Source: Actinomycetes bacterium (GTDB lineage: Bacteria > Actinomycetota > Acidimicrobiia > Acidimicrobiales > Bog-793). Taken from it: DNA of 36,580 bases. Shown here piece after piece: positions 8,089 through 16,196 of the stretch. The notes beneath the pieces were generated by a model. That model had not been told where the DNA came from. It was given only the letters and a program-made list of their open reading frames with translations, and ran no database searches. The position numbers were made by a program, and so were the translations under genes. The first letter of the stretch is position 1, and the number at the start of each line of letters is the position of its first letter. The DNA lies in the NCBI GenBank assembly GCA_021821585.1, contig JAKACF010000001.1:1-36580 (forward strand), given 5' to 3'.

Positions 8089-9780
8089 CTAGCTCGCCGG
8101 GCGCTCGTGGTCCGGCTCGACGTCCCAGTCGGCGTCGAGCTCGACGACCCTGTCGACGAGCTGTGCGAGGTGAGGGTCGTGGCCCGTCACGAGCACCGAC
8201 CGCTCCGAAGCCGCCTCGATCAGCTCGCTCGCCAGGCGCCGCGCCGACCACGGATCGACGTGCGCCGTCGGTTCGTCGAGGAGCAGGACGTCCCCGCCCG
8301 CCAGCAGGAGGCGAGCCATGGCGAGGCGCTGGCGCTCGCCGGCGCTGAGCGGCTGTCCTCCGGCGCCGAGGGGCGTGCGGAGGCCGCCCCCGAGAGCCCG
8401 GTACCACGGTCCGAGCCCCACGCGGCCGAGCGCCTCGGCGCACTGTTCGTCCGTCGCGCCGGGATCGGCGAGGCGGAGGTTCTCGCCCAGGCTGGCGGCG
8501 AACACGTGGTTCTCCTCCGGCAGCCATCCGACGAGCTCGGCGAGGCGGCGACGGGTCAGTCCGCCGACCTCGGCCCCGCCGATGGCGACCGATCCCCGCG
8601 AGGGGGAGAGGAAGTGCAGGATCGTGTGGATGAGCGTCGTCTTGCCCGACCCGCTCGGCCCGACGACGGCGAGCCGCCGTCCGGGCGGCAGCTCGAGGGA
8701 GACCCCGGACAGCGCGGCAGGGGCGTCCCCGGCGGGAGCAGGCAGCACCTCGAGCCCCCGAACGACGACGTCGGCGGGCCGGCGCGGCAGGCGCTCGTCG
8801 ACCGGCACCTCGTCGACGGGTGGCCGGGCGGCGCCGAGCTCGCCGAGGCGGCGCTCGGCGGCGGCCCCGCTCTGGATGCCGGCGAGAGCGCCCGGGAGGC
8901 CGAGGCACTGGTCGAAGACGGCGAGGGCGGCGAAGGTGACGACCGCCAGCATGACCCCGGACAGGCGTCCGGCGTCGTGGGCGCGCAGCCCGGCGGCGAC
9001 GACCGCCATGAGGCCTCCGGCCGCCAGCATGGTGGCGGCGGCGCGGGAGACCCCCGTCACCGCCGCCTCGCGGGCCGAGGCCGACCGGGCGCTCCGCCCC
9101 ACGCGTGCGAGCTCCCCGGCGAGGAGGTCGCTGCGGCCGTAGACGGCGAGCTCGGGAGCGGCGGTGACGGCTTCGAGGACGGCGTCGGCGAGCTCCCCTC
9201 GTGCGGCTGCCGCCCGTGCGGCCGCCCGGCGGCCCACCTCCGACAGCCCGGCGGACACCGCCACCAGCGCCAGCGCGGCGGCGAGGAGGGCTGCGCCCGC
9301 CACGGGGTCGACGGCGGCCGCGAGCACGCTGCCGACGACGATGCTCGAGCCGGCCTCGACGAAGGCCGTCGTCTTCTTGGCAAATCCCTCGGCCACGAGA
9401 TCCGCGTCGGCGAGGAAGCCGCTCAGCACCCGGCCCCGGCCGTGTCGCGGCAGGCCGGCCGGCACGAGGGGCTCGACGGTGTCGTACAGCCGGAGCCGGA
9501 GCGCCCCGAGGCGCTCGAGCGAGAGGGTGTGCACCCGGAGGCGCTGGACGAATCGGGCGATTCCCCGGCCGATGGCGAAGGCCTGGACGGCTCCGATGGC
9601 GACCGAGAGCAGCAGCACCGGCGGTCGCAGCCATGCGCGGGTGATGAGCCAGCCCGAGGTGGCGAGCAGTCCGATGCCACAGGTGGCCGACACGAGACCG
9701 GCGCCGAGGGCCGGGAGCAGGCGCCGCCCGCCGGGTCCTCCGTCTCCGAGGCCGTCCCTGCGGGGCGGGCGACCGCTCAT
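8089..9780 (-). CDS. cydC: Thiol reductant ABC exporter subunit CydC
   Basis: ATG 9780 (MSGRPPRRDG...) within ORF 8089..11322. Six-TM domain, then Walker A GPSGSGKTT, signature LSAGERQRL and Walker B LLLDEPTAHVD. It is the last gene of the cyd operon. Confidence 0.85.
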   Translation of the reverse strand: MSGRPPRRDGLGDGGPGGRRLLPALGAGLVSATCGIGLLATSGWLITRAWLRPPVLLLSVAIGAVQAFAIGRGIARFVQRLRVHTLSLERLGALRLRLYDTVEPLVPAGLPRHGRGRVLSGFLADADLVAEGFAKKTTAFVEAGSSIVVGSVLAAAVDPVAGAALLAAALALVAVSAGLSEVGRRAAARAAAARGELADAVLEAVTAAPELAVYGRSDLLAGELARVGRSARSASAREAAVTGVSRAAATMLAAGGLMAVVAAGLRAHDAGRLSGVMLAVVTFAALAVFDQCLGLPGALAGIQSGAAAERRLGELGAARPPVDEVPVDERLPRRPADVVVRGLEVLPAPAGDAPAALSGVSLELPPGRRLAVVGPSGSGKTTLIHTILHFLSPSRGSVAIGGAEVGGLTRRRLAELVGWLPEENHVFAASLGENLRLADPGATDEQCAEALGRVGLGPWYRALGGGLRTPLGAGGQPLSAGERQRLAMARLLLAGGDVLLLDEPTAHVDPWSARRLASELIEAASERSVLVTGHDPHLAQLVDRVVELDADWDVEPDHERPAS

Positions 9781-11540
9781 ACCGCCGCCCCCTCGGCCTC
9801 GAACATCTCGGATCTGGCGAGGGGTACGAGGTGGCCACCGTCGAGGCGGAGCACGCGGTCGGCGAGCGCGAGCACGGCCGGCCGGTGGGTGACGACGAGG
9901 GTGCTCGATCCGGCGAGGACCCGGCCGAGGGCGGTGACCGCCGCCAGTTCCGCCTGGGCGTCGAGATGGGCTGTCGGCTCGTCGAGGAGGTAGAGCGACG
10001 CCGGCCGGAGAAGGGTGCGGGCGAGCGCGATCCGCTGGCGCTCGCCGGCGGAGGGGAGGCGCCCACCGACGCCGAGCACGGTGGCGAGGCCGTCGGGCCA
10101 CCTGTCGAGCAGCGACTGCGCCCCGGCCGCCACGAGTGCGGCGGCGAGCTCGTCGTCGCCGGCGTCGGCACGGGCCAGCCGCAGGTTGGCCGCCAGCGTG
10201 TCCGAGAGCAGTGCCGGCCGCTCGGGCAGGTAGGCGAGCCACCGCCGCCAGCTCACCGGGTCGACGCGAGCGAGCTCCAGCGGGCCGACGCGGACCTGGC
10301 CGTGCTCGGGCCGGCGCAGGCCGGCGAGGAGCGAGATCACGGTCGACTTCCCGGTTCCGTTCGCCCCGACGAGCGCCACGGTCTCCCCGGGCGCGAGCGC
10401 GAATTCGGGCGCGTCGAGCAGCGGTGCACCCCGGTCCTGTACCGCGACCCTGACCCCGTCGAACCAGACGGTCTCTGTTGCGGGGTCGGGGGCGGAGAGG
10501 AGCTCCGGTCGGGCGGCGGCGCCGGGGGCACCGCTCCCGCCGGCCGCACTGCTGCTGTCGGGGCCGGCGGCCCCGATGACGTCGAGGGCTCGCCCGGCCG
10601 CCGCCAGGCCCTCGGTGCTCTCGTGGAAGTCGGCGCTCGCCCGCCTGAGCGGGAGGAACACCTCCGGCGCCACGATGAGGACGGCGAGGGCGGCGCTCAG
10701 GCCGAGCGAGCCGTCGAGAAGGCGCAGCCCGAGAGGGACGGCGAGGATGGCGACCGACACCGAGGCGAGGGTGTCGAGCACGAGTGCCGACAGGAAGGCC
10801 ACCCGCAGCGTCGAGAGGCTCGCTCGCCGTAGCGTCGCCTCCACCTCGGCGATGCGCCGGCGCTGGGCACCCGAACGGCCGAAGGCGCGCAGCACCGGCA
10901 GCCCCTCGAAGGTGTCGGCGATCTGCCGGCCGAGGTCCTCCACCTGGTGCCATCTGCTGGCTGCGAGCTCCCCGCCCGTGCGTCCGACGAGGGCGCCGAA
11001 GACGGGGAAGAGGGAGACGGCCACGAGGACGACGAGCCCGGACAGCCAGTCCAGCCCGCCGATCACGGCCACCAGCCCGACCGGGACGGCCGTCGCCAGC
11101 ACGAGGTCGGGGAGGCACCGGGCGACGTAGGCGTCCAGGGCGTCGAGGCCCCTGCCCGCGAGGGTGGCGAGCTCGCCGGCTCCCGGCCCGCCGGGGGTCG
11201 CCCCCGCGCCCGCAAGCAGCTCGGCTCGCAGCTCCGCCTTCACGCGCTCGGCGCCCCGTGTGGCGAGCGTCTCGCTGCCGAGGGCCGCCAGCGCCCGGAC
11301 GCCGGCGGCGCCCGCCAGCCACGCGAAGGCGGCCCGGTCGTTCGTCGGCGAGCCGGTGACGGCGCCCGAGAGCAGGTCGGCCAGCGTGAGCGCCTGGACG
11401 ACGACGGCGGCAGAGGAGATGAGCCCGAGCGCCACCGGCGGGGCGAGCGCCTGCCGGACCGCAGGCCTGGCGAGGAGCCGGCGGTCGACCGGCCCCGGCC
11501 GGCGCCCTCCTGCCCCGGCCGACGCCGGATCGGATGCCAC
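9777..11540 (-). CDS. cydD: Thiol reductant ABC exporter subunit CydD
   Basis: GTG 11540 (VASDPASAG...) lies 5 nt after the cydB stop. The stop overlaps the cydC ATG (ATGA at 9777-9780). Walker A GANGTGKST, signature PSAGERQRIALAR, Walker B YLLDEPTAHLD. Confidence 0.85.
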   Translation of the reverse strand: MASDPASAGAGGRRPGPVDRRLLARPAVRQALAPPVALGLISSAAVVVQALTLADLLSGAVTGSPTNDRAAFAWLAGAAGVRALAALGSETLATRGAERVKAELRAELLAGAGATPGGPGAGELATLAGRGLDALDAYVARCLPDLVLATAVPVGLVAVIGGLDWLSGLVVLVAVSLFPVFGALVGRTGGELAASRWHQVEDLGRQIADTFEGLPVLRAFGRSGAQRRRIAEVEATLRRASLSTLRVAFLSALVLDTLASVSVAILAVPLGLRLLDGSLGLSAALAVLIVAPEVFLPLRRASADFHESTEGLAAAGRALDVIGAAGPDSSSAAGGSGAPGAAARPELLSAPDPATETVWFDGVRVAVQDRGAPLLDAPEFALAPGETVALVGANGTGKSTVISLLAGLRRPEHGQVRVGPLELARVDPVSWRRWLAYLPERPALLSDTLAANLRLARADAGDDELAAALVAAGAQSLLDRWPDGLATVLGVGGRLPSAGERQRIALARTLLRPASLYLLDEPTAHLDAQAELAAVTALGRVLAGSSTLVVTHRPAVLALADRVLRLDGGHLVPLARSEMFEAEGAAV

Positions 11541-11545
11541 CGGAG

Positions 11546-12691
11546 TCAGCCCCGGCTGTGGAGGGGAAGACCGGCCCGCCGGCGGGTCCCGCCCGCTGCC
11601 GGCGCCGCTGGACGCTCCGGCATGCCCCCTCCTCCCGGTCGCGAGGACGGGGGCGCCTCTCCGGCGAGCAGCACCGGGGGACGGGTGAGGCGCTGGCGGA
11701 AGACCCAGTAGGTCCAGGCCTGGTAGGCGAGCACGAGCGGCGTGAAGATCGCCGCGACGACGGTCATCACGACGAGCGTCGTGTGCTGGGAGGCGGCGGC
11801 GCCGATCGTGATGGAGTTCGCCGCCCGGTTGCTCGCCGGCAGCACGGCCGGGAACATCTTGCCGAAGACCGCTCCGACGGCGAGGAGGATCGAGGAACCG
11901 GTGAGGCCGAAGGCGTATCCTGACCGCCCGGCGGCGGTGAGGACCAGCGCACCGGCGAGGGCGGCGAGCGACGCCAGGGCGAAGGCGAGCGGGACGGCGC
12001 CGGGCAGCTCGCCGCTCAGCGGAGGCCGCCCGTCGGCAGCGACCCAGGCCACGGTGCCCGCCAGCAGCACGACCGCCGCCGAACCGGTGAGCAGCGCGGA
12101 GCGCGAGGCCCGCGCCGCCAGCCCGCCCGTGGTCTTGAGCGAGAGGAACAGCGAGCCGTGGAAGGCGAACAGGAACAGCGCGGCCAGCCCTCCGAGGATG
12201 GCGAGCGGATGGAGAAGGCCGGGGAGACCGCCCTCGTATCGGCCGGCGGGGGTGAGGGGGACGCCGAGGACGAGGTTGGTGAAGGCCACTCCCCAGACGA
12301 CGGCTGCCACCAGGCTGCCGCCGAAGTTGGCCACGTCCCAGAGCCGCTGCCAGCGGGGGCTGTCGACCCGGGCGCGGAACTCGAAGGAGACCCCTCTCAC
12401 GATGAGGGCGAGCAGCACGAGGAACAGAGCGAGGTAGAAGCCGCTGAACAGCCGGGCGTACCAGAGGGGGAAGGCGGCGAAGGTGGCACCGCCGGCGACG
12501 ATGAGCCAGACCTCGTTCCCGTCCCACACCGGGCCGATGCTGTTCCAGCAGATCCGCCGGTCGAGGCCGTCCCGGCTCACGAAGGGGGTGACGACCGACA
12601 CGCCGAAGTCGAAGCCCTCGAGGAAGAAGTAGCCGGCCCACAACAGGCCGATGAGGGAGAACCAGGTGGTGTTGAGAGGCGCAAAGGTCAC
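11546..12691 (-). CDS. cydB: Cytochrome bd ubiquinol oxidase subunit II
   Basis: GTG 12691 is preceded by AAGGGAG. Motifs: WFSLIGLLWAGYFFLEGFDFG, PVWDGNEVWLI, and a C-terminal core ending LAYQAWTYWVFRQRL. An extra tail of about 46 aa follows. Confidence 0.9.
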   Translation of the reverse strand: MTFAPLNTTWFSLIGLLWAGYFFLEGFDFGVSVVTPFVSRDGLDRRICWNSIGPVWDGNEVWLIVAGGATFAAFPLWYARLFSGFYLALFLVLLALIVRGVSFEFRARVDSPRWQRLWDVANFGGSLVAAVVWGVAFTNLVLGVPLTPAGRYEGGLPGLLHPLAILGGLAALFLFAFHGSLFLSLKTTGGLAARASRSALLTGSAAVVLLAGTVAWVAADGRPPLSGELPGAVPLAFALASLAALAGALVLTAAGRSGYAFGLTGSSILLAVGAVFGKMFPAVLPASNRAANSITIGAAASQHTTLVVMTVVAAIFTPLVLAYQAWTYWVFRQRLTRPPVLLAGEAPPSSRPGGGGMPERPAAPAAGGTRRRAGLPLHSRG

Positions 12692-12705
12692 GTCTGCTCC
12701 CTTGC

Positions 12706-14085
12706 TCAGTAGACGAGTCCGGGAACCGAGGCGGCACCTGCCTGCTCAGCCGGCTCCTCGAGGGGACGGCGCGCGGCCCGCACCATGAGCCAGGCGTCGA
12801 CCGCCCCGAGCGCGCCGTAGACGAGCAGGAAGGCGACGAGCGTGCCGGCGACGTCCGCCGTCGGCACGGCGGAGACTCCGCGGAGCGTCTTCATGAGGCC
12901 GACCACGATCCAGGGCTGGCGGCCCGCTTCGGTGAAGATCCAGCCGGTGGCGTTGGCGAGCATCGGGAGCCCGATCCCGACGAGGGCGGCCCGGCGGAAC
13001 CACCGGCTCTCACCGAGGCGCCTGCGCCGGGCGAGCCAGACCCCCCAGGCCGAGAGCAGGATGAGGGCGATCCCGGCGCCGACCATCAGGCGGAAGGACC
13101 AGTAGCTGAGCCAGACGACCGGGACGTAGCTGCCCGGGCCGTAGCGGGCCGCCTCGGCGGCCTGGACCTGGTTGATTCCCTGCACCTGCCCGTTCCAGGA
13201 CAGGTTGGCGATGAGCGACAGCAGGTGCGGCACGCGGATCTGGAAGATCGGCTTGTCGGAGAGGTCGCCGATCGTGATGAGCGAGAAGCTGGCGCCGTGG
13301 GCCGAGTTGTAGAGCGCCTCGGCCGAGGCCATCTTCATCGGCTGCTGGGTGTCCATGAGCCTCGCCTGGGCGTCGCCCGCCACGGAGGTGAGCAGGACCG
13401 ACCCGAGGGTGAAGCCGGCCGCCAGCCGCGCCGCCTTCGTGAACAGGGCCCGCTCGCCCTCGCCGGCGTCGCGATGCGCCCGCCAGGCACTGATGCCGAG
13501 CATGAGCGCGCCCCCGGTCGTGAAGGCGGCGAGCAGGGTGTGGGCGAAGGCCCACCACAACGTGGAGTTGCCGAGCACCGCCCAGAAGTTCGTGAGGACC
13601 GCCTGCCCACCCTTCAGGCGGTAGCCGACGGGATGCTGCATCCAGGAGTTGGCGGCCAGGATGAAGAAGGCCGACAGGATGGTGCCGGCGCTCACCACCC
13701 AGATCGTCGCGAGGTGCAGCCGGGGAGACAGTCGGCCGCGGCCGAAGATCCACAGCCCGATGAAGGTGGACTCGAGGAAGAAGGCGAGCAGCCCCTCGAT
13801 GGCGAGCGGCGCCCCGAAAATGTTGCCCACGAAGACCGAGTAGGAGGACCAGTTCAGCCCGAACTGGAACTCAAGGACGATGCCCGTCACGACACCGACG
13901 GCGAGGTTGATGAGGAACAGGCGCCCGAAGAAGCGGCTCAGCCGGTCCCAGCCGGCCTCCGGCCGGCGATAGGCGAGCGTCTCGAGGGTGGCCACGAGCA
14001 CCCCGAGGCCGATGGTCACCGGCACGAAGAAGAAGTGGAAGACGGTGACGGCCGCGAACTGCCAGCGGGCGAGCATGAGCGTCAT
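12706..14085 (-). CDS. cydA: Cytochrome bd ubiquinol oxidase subunit I
   Basis: ORF 12706..14085. Sequence: MTLMLARWQFAAVTVFHFFFVPVTIGLG, a Q-loop region, and GWIFTEAGRQPW. SD GGGGGGAG lies upstream. Confidence 0.95.
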   Translation of the reverse strand: MTLMLARWQFAAVTVFHFFFVPVTIGLGVLVATLETLAYRRPEAGWDRLSRFFGRLFLINLAVGVVTGIVLEFQFGLNWSSYSVFVGNIFGAPLAIEGLLAFFLESTFIGLWIFGRGRLSPRLHLATIWVVSAGTILSAFFILAANSWMQHPVGYRLKGGQAVLTNFWAVLGNSTLWWAFAHTLLAAFTTGGALMLGISAWRAHRDAGEGERALFTKAARLAAGFTLGSVLLTSVAGDAQARLMDTQQPMKMASAEALYNSAHGASFSLITIGDLSDKPIFQIRVPHLLSLIANLSWNGQVQGINQVQAAEAARYGPGSYVPVVWLSYWSFRLMVGAGIALILLSAWGVWLARRRRLGESRWFRRAALVGIGLPMLANATGWIFTEAGRQPWIVVGLMKTLRGVSAVPTADVAGTLVAFLLVYGALGAVDAWLMVRAARRPLEEPAEQAGAASVPGLVY

Positions 14086-14144
14086 GGCGCTCCCCCCACT
14101 TCCGCCTGCGGGGCTCGCGACGACCAGGGAGGAGTCCCGACCAT
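14082..14144 (-). promoter_or_regulatory. Candidate 20-codon leader uORF (MVGTPPWSSRAPQAEVGGAP) terminating in ATGA overlap with the cydA start
   Basis: The ATG at 14144-14142 is preceded by GGAGGA (14157-14152) at 7-nt spacing. The TGA at 14084-14082 shares TG with the cydA ATG (14085-14083). An internal TCCTCC (14133-14128) can pair with the uORF SD. Codon bias is weak. Confidence 0.3.
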
Positions 14145-14209
14145 TCCCTGATCCTCCGGCGGCCCGGCGGCCTGGGGCTAGGGCCGAAAGACACGCCTCT
14201 CGGGCCGGT

Positions 14210-14251
14210 TGGCACTGCGGCCACCACGACTGGCACTGCGGCCGTCACGAG
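14210..14251. repeat. Tandem direct repeat of 2 x 21 nt (TGGCACTGCGGCCACCACGAC / TGGCACTGCGGCCGTCACGAG)
   Basis: 18/21 identical, head to tail. Each unit contains a TGGC-N6-GCC(A/G) dyad. The repeat lies 126-167 nt upstream of the cydA ATG. Confidence 0.8.
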
Positions 14252-14330
14252 TCGCCGGCGGTCGCGCCGCACCGCCCGCCCCCCCGGCGCTCACCTCACC
14301 GGTGAGGGGCGCCGGCCCTCATCTCGTGCT

Positions 14331-14357
14331 GCCCGGAGATCGCCGCGATCTCCGGGC
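14331..14357 (-). terminator. Strong hairpin (12-bp stem GCCCGGAGATCG / CGATCTCCGGGC, 3-nt loop) just after csbD
   Basis: Perfect complementarity read from the sequence. It starts 5 nt downstream of the csbD stop on the minus strand and separates csbD from the cyd leader. Confidence 0.6.
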
Positions 14358-14361
14358 GGGA

Positions 14362-14559
14362 TCAGCGGCGGACGTCCTCGGCGGCCCGCCGCGCGCCCCG
14401 CTCGAGGTCGCCGGCTGCCTGCTCGGCCTTGCCGGCGGCGGACTCGGCCGCTCCCTCGGCCTCGAGGCTGTGGTCGTCGGTCGCCTTGCCGGCGGCCTTC
14501 TTCGTCTTCCCGGCGAGCTCGCGACCCGCTCCCTTCACCTTCTTCTCGGCTCCGGCCAT
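14362..14559 (-). CDS. CsbD family stress-response protein
   Basis: ATG 14559 is preceded by GGGAGG. Sequence: MAGAEKKVKGAGRELAGKTKKAAGKATDDHSLEAEGAAESAAGKAEQAAGDLERGARRAAEDVRR, which shows the typical CsbD repeat composition. Confidence 0.75.
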   Translation of the reverse strand: MAGAEKKVKGAGRELAGKTKKAAGKATDDHSLEAEGAAESAAGKAEQAAGDLERGARRAAEDVRR

Positions 14560-14651
14560 GGTGTCAACCTCCCGGCGGTCTGGCTGTTGCGAGAGGACGG
14601 TGATACCCGCCCCCGGTGCGGGGGAACCGGGGAGATCTCGGCGGCGCCCGG

Positions 14652-14657
14652 TAGGCT
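14652..14657 (+). promoter_or_regulatory. -10-like hexamer TAGGCT placed 8 nt before the DyP ATG (leaderless-type arrangement)
   Basis: Fits the TANNNT pattern. There is no SD between it and ATG 14666. Confidence 0.35.
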
Positions 14658-14665
14658 CCGGCGCC

Positions 14666-15559
14666 ATGGCACACGCCCAGCCCGGGATCTTCGCGCTCGG
14701 CACCCGCTCCCACCACCATCTCGAGTTCGACGTGACACGGAGGGGACCGGAGGTGCTCGCTGCGGTGGCGGAGGCCTGCGAGGCGGCCGACGCCGTCGCA
14801 GGGGTCAACCTCGTCGTCGGCTTCGGCGCCCGCCTGTGGTCCGAGATCGCCCCAGGGCAGGTGCCCGGCGACTTCGGCGACTTCGAGCCGGTCGAGGGTC
14901 CCGACGGGTTCGTCATGCCCGCCACCCAGCACGATCTGTGGGTCTGGCTGCACGGTGCTGGGCCTGACGCCGTCTTCGACGTCGCCCGGGCCAGCGCGAC
15001 GACGCTGTCGGCAGTGGCGACGGTCGCCGCCGAGCACCCTTGCTTCGCCTACCTGTCGAGCCAGGACCTGACCGGCTTCGAGGACGGGACGGAGAACCCG
15101 CCGGTCCACGAGGCCGTGAGGGTGGCGACCATCCCGGACGGAGAGCCCTGCGCCGGCGGGAGCGTCGTGCTCCTCCAGCGCTGGGTACACGACCTCGACC
15201 GCTTCGACGCCCTCCCGCTCGAGGAGCGTGAGCGGGTGTTCGGGCGCACGCTCCAGGGAAGTGTCGAGCTCGACGAGGCCCACCAGGTGCCGGACTCGCA
15301 CGTCAGCCGCGTCGTGATCGAGGACGCGAACGGTGAGGAGCTCGAGGTGTTCCGGCGCTCGAGCGCATTCGGCGGTGTCATCGAGCACGGCCTCGTCTTC
15401 GTCGCCCTCAGCAGGGACCGGGCGCGCCTTCGCACCATGCTGGACCGGATGGCGGGCCGCGGCGACGGGCTACGCGACCGGCTCACCCGGTTCTCCCGTC
15501 CCACCTCGGGCGCCTGGTACCTGGCGCCGCCCGTCGAGCTGCTCACCGGCGGGCGCTGA
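14666..15559 (+). CDS. Dye-decolorizing (DyP-type) peroxidase, cytoplasmic YfeX/B-class-like
   Basis: ATG 14666 (MAHAQPGIFALGT...) within ORF 14429..15559. Motifs: QDLTGFEDGTENP (the GXXDG region) and VFRRSSAFG. No signal peptide. Confidence 0.85.
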   Translation: MAHAQPGIFALGTRSHHHLEFDVTRRGPEVLAAVAEACEAADAVAGVNLVVGFGARLWSEIAPGQVPGDFGDFEPVEGPDGFVMPATQHDLWVWLHGAGPDAVFDVARASATTLSAVATVAAEHPCFAYLSSQDLTGFEDGTENPPVHEAVRVATIPDGEPCAGGSVVLLQRWVHDLDRFDALPLEERERVFGRTLQGSVELDEAHQVPDSHVSRVVIEDANGEELEVFRRSSAFGGVIEHGLVFVALSRDRARLRTMLDRMAGRGDGLRDRLTRFSRPTSGAWYLAPPVELLTGGR

Positions 15560-15562
15560 CGG

Positions 15563-15584
15563 CCCTGAGGGGTGAGCCTCAGGG
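15563..15584. terminator. Hairpin CCCTGAGG-ggtgag-CCTCAGGG between the convergent DyP and GNAT genes
   Basis: 8-bp perfect stem. The right arm contains the GNAT stop codon (tca at 15579-15581). Confidence 0.45.
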
Positions 15585-16103
15585 GAGCGGGCGCCCCATG
15601 AGGATCGAGTCCCACAGCTCGCCGTTGCGGCGCCGGTAGTGCTTGGCCTTGCGTCCCTCGACGACGAAGCCGGCCCGTTCGTACAGCGCGATGGCGGCGG
15701 CGTTGTCGGGCCAGACCTCGAGGGACATCTTGTGGGCCCCGGCCGAGGTGGCCCAGGCGATGGCGGCATCGAGGAGGGCCCGCCCGATGCCCCGTCCCCG
15801 CCAGCCCGCCTGGAGCAGCATCCCGATGTCGGCGACGCCGTAGGGGGCGACCGAGACGGTGAGGTGGCCGACGACGCCCGGGCCGCCGGCGGCGCAGGTG
15901 TCGGCGACGAGCACCGTCGAGGTCTCGGCCCCGAGCAGCTCCCCGAGCCGGGCGCGCCGCCGGGCGCGGTCGAAGGGCACCTCGGCACCGATGAAGCGGC
16001 CCTCGGCGGCGACGGACCAGGTCTGCTCGACGAGCAGGTCGAGCTCGTCCTCGGTGGCGGGGCGCACGAGGACGGCGGCCTCCGGCGTCTCGGCGGATCG
16101 CAT
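15579..16103 (-). CDS. GNAT family N-acetyltransferase
   Basis: ATG 16103 ([17 protein letters not shown]...). The acetyl-CoA site is [19 protein letters not shown], followed by [12 protein letters not shown]. Confidence 0.85.
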   Translation of the reverse strand: MRSAETPEAAVLVRPATEDELDLLVEQTWSVAAEGRFIGAEVPFDRARRRARLGELLGAETSTVLVADTCAAGGPGVVGHLTVSVAPYGVADIGMLLQAGWRGRGIGRALLDAAIAWATSAGAHKMSLEVWPDNAAAIALYERAGFVVEGRKAKHYRRRNGELWDSILMGRPLP

Positions 16104-16182
16104 CGCCCGAGTCTTGCCGCCCGGCGAGAAGGGGTGCACGCCGCCGCGGCTCCGGGGCCCGCCGCCGCCGCAGGTCGGCGAG

Positions 16183-16188
16183 TAGCCT
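16183..16188 (+). promoter_or_regulatory. -10-like hexamer TAGCCT placed 8 nt before the GTG start of the Ntn hydrolase (leaderless-type arrangement)
   Basis: Fits TANNNT. There is no SD before GTG 16197. Confidence 0.3.
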
Positions 16189-16196
16189 CGGCCTTC

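Noticed and set aside
8089-12737. Track ORFs of 1077 aa (8089..11322) and 986 aa (9777..12737), which suggest giant proteins across the cyd region.
   Set aside because: Each is a real ABC gene (cydC, cydD) plus an off-frame N-terminal extension through the upstream gene. Internal starts at 9780 and 11540 give canonical CydC and CydD with tight junctions.
14666-15559. DyP peroxidase as encapsulin cargo.
   Set aside because: No encapsulin shell gene is adjacent, and the C-terminus (…YLAPPVELLTGGR) lacks the Gly/Ser/Leu-rich targeting-peptide pattern.
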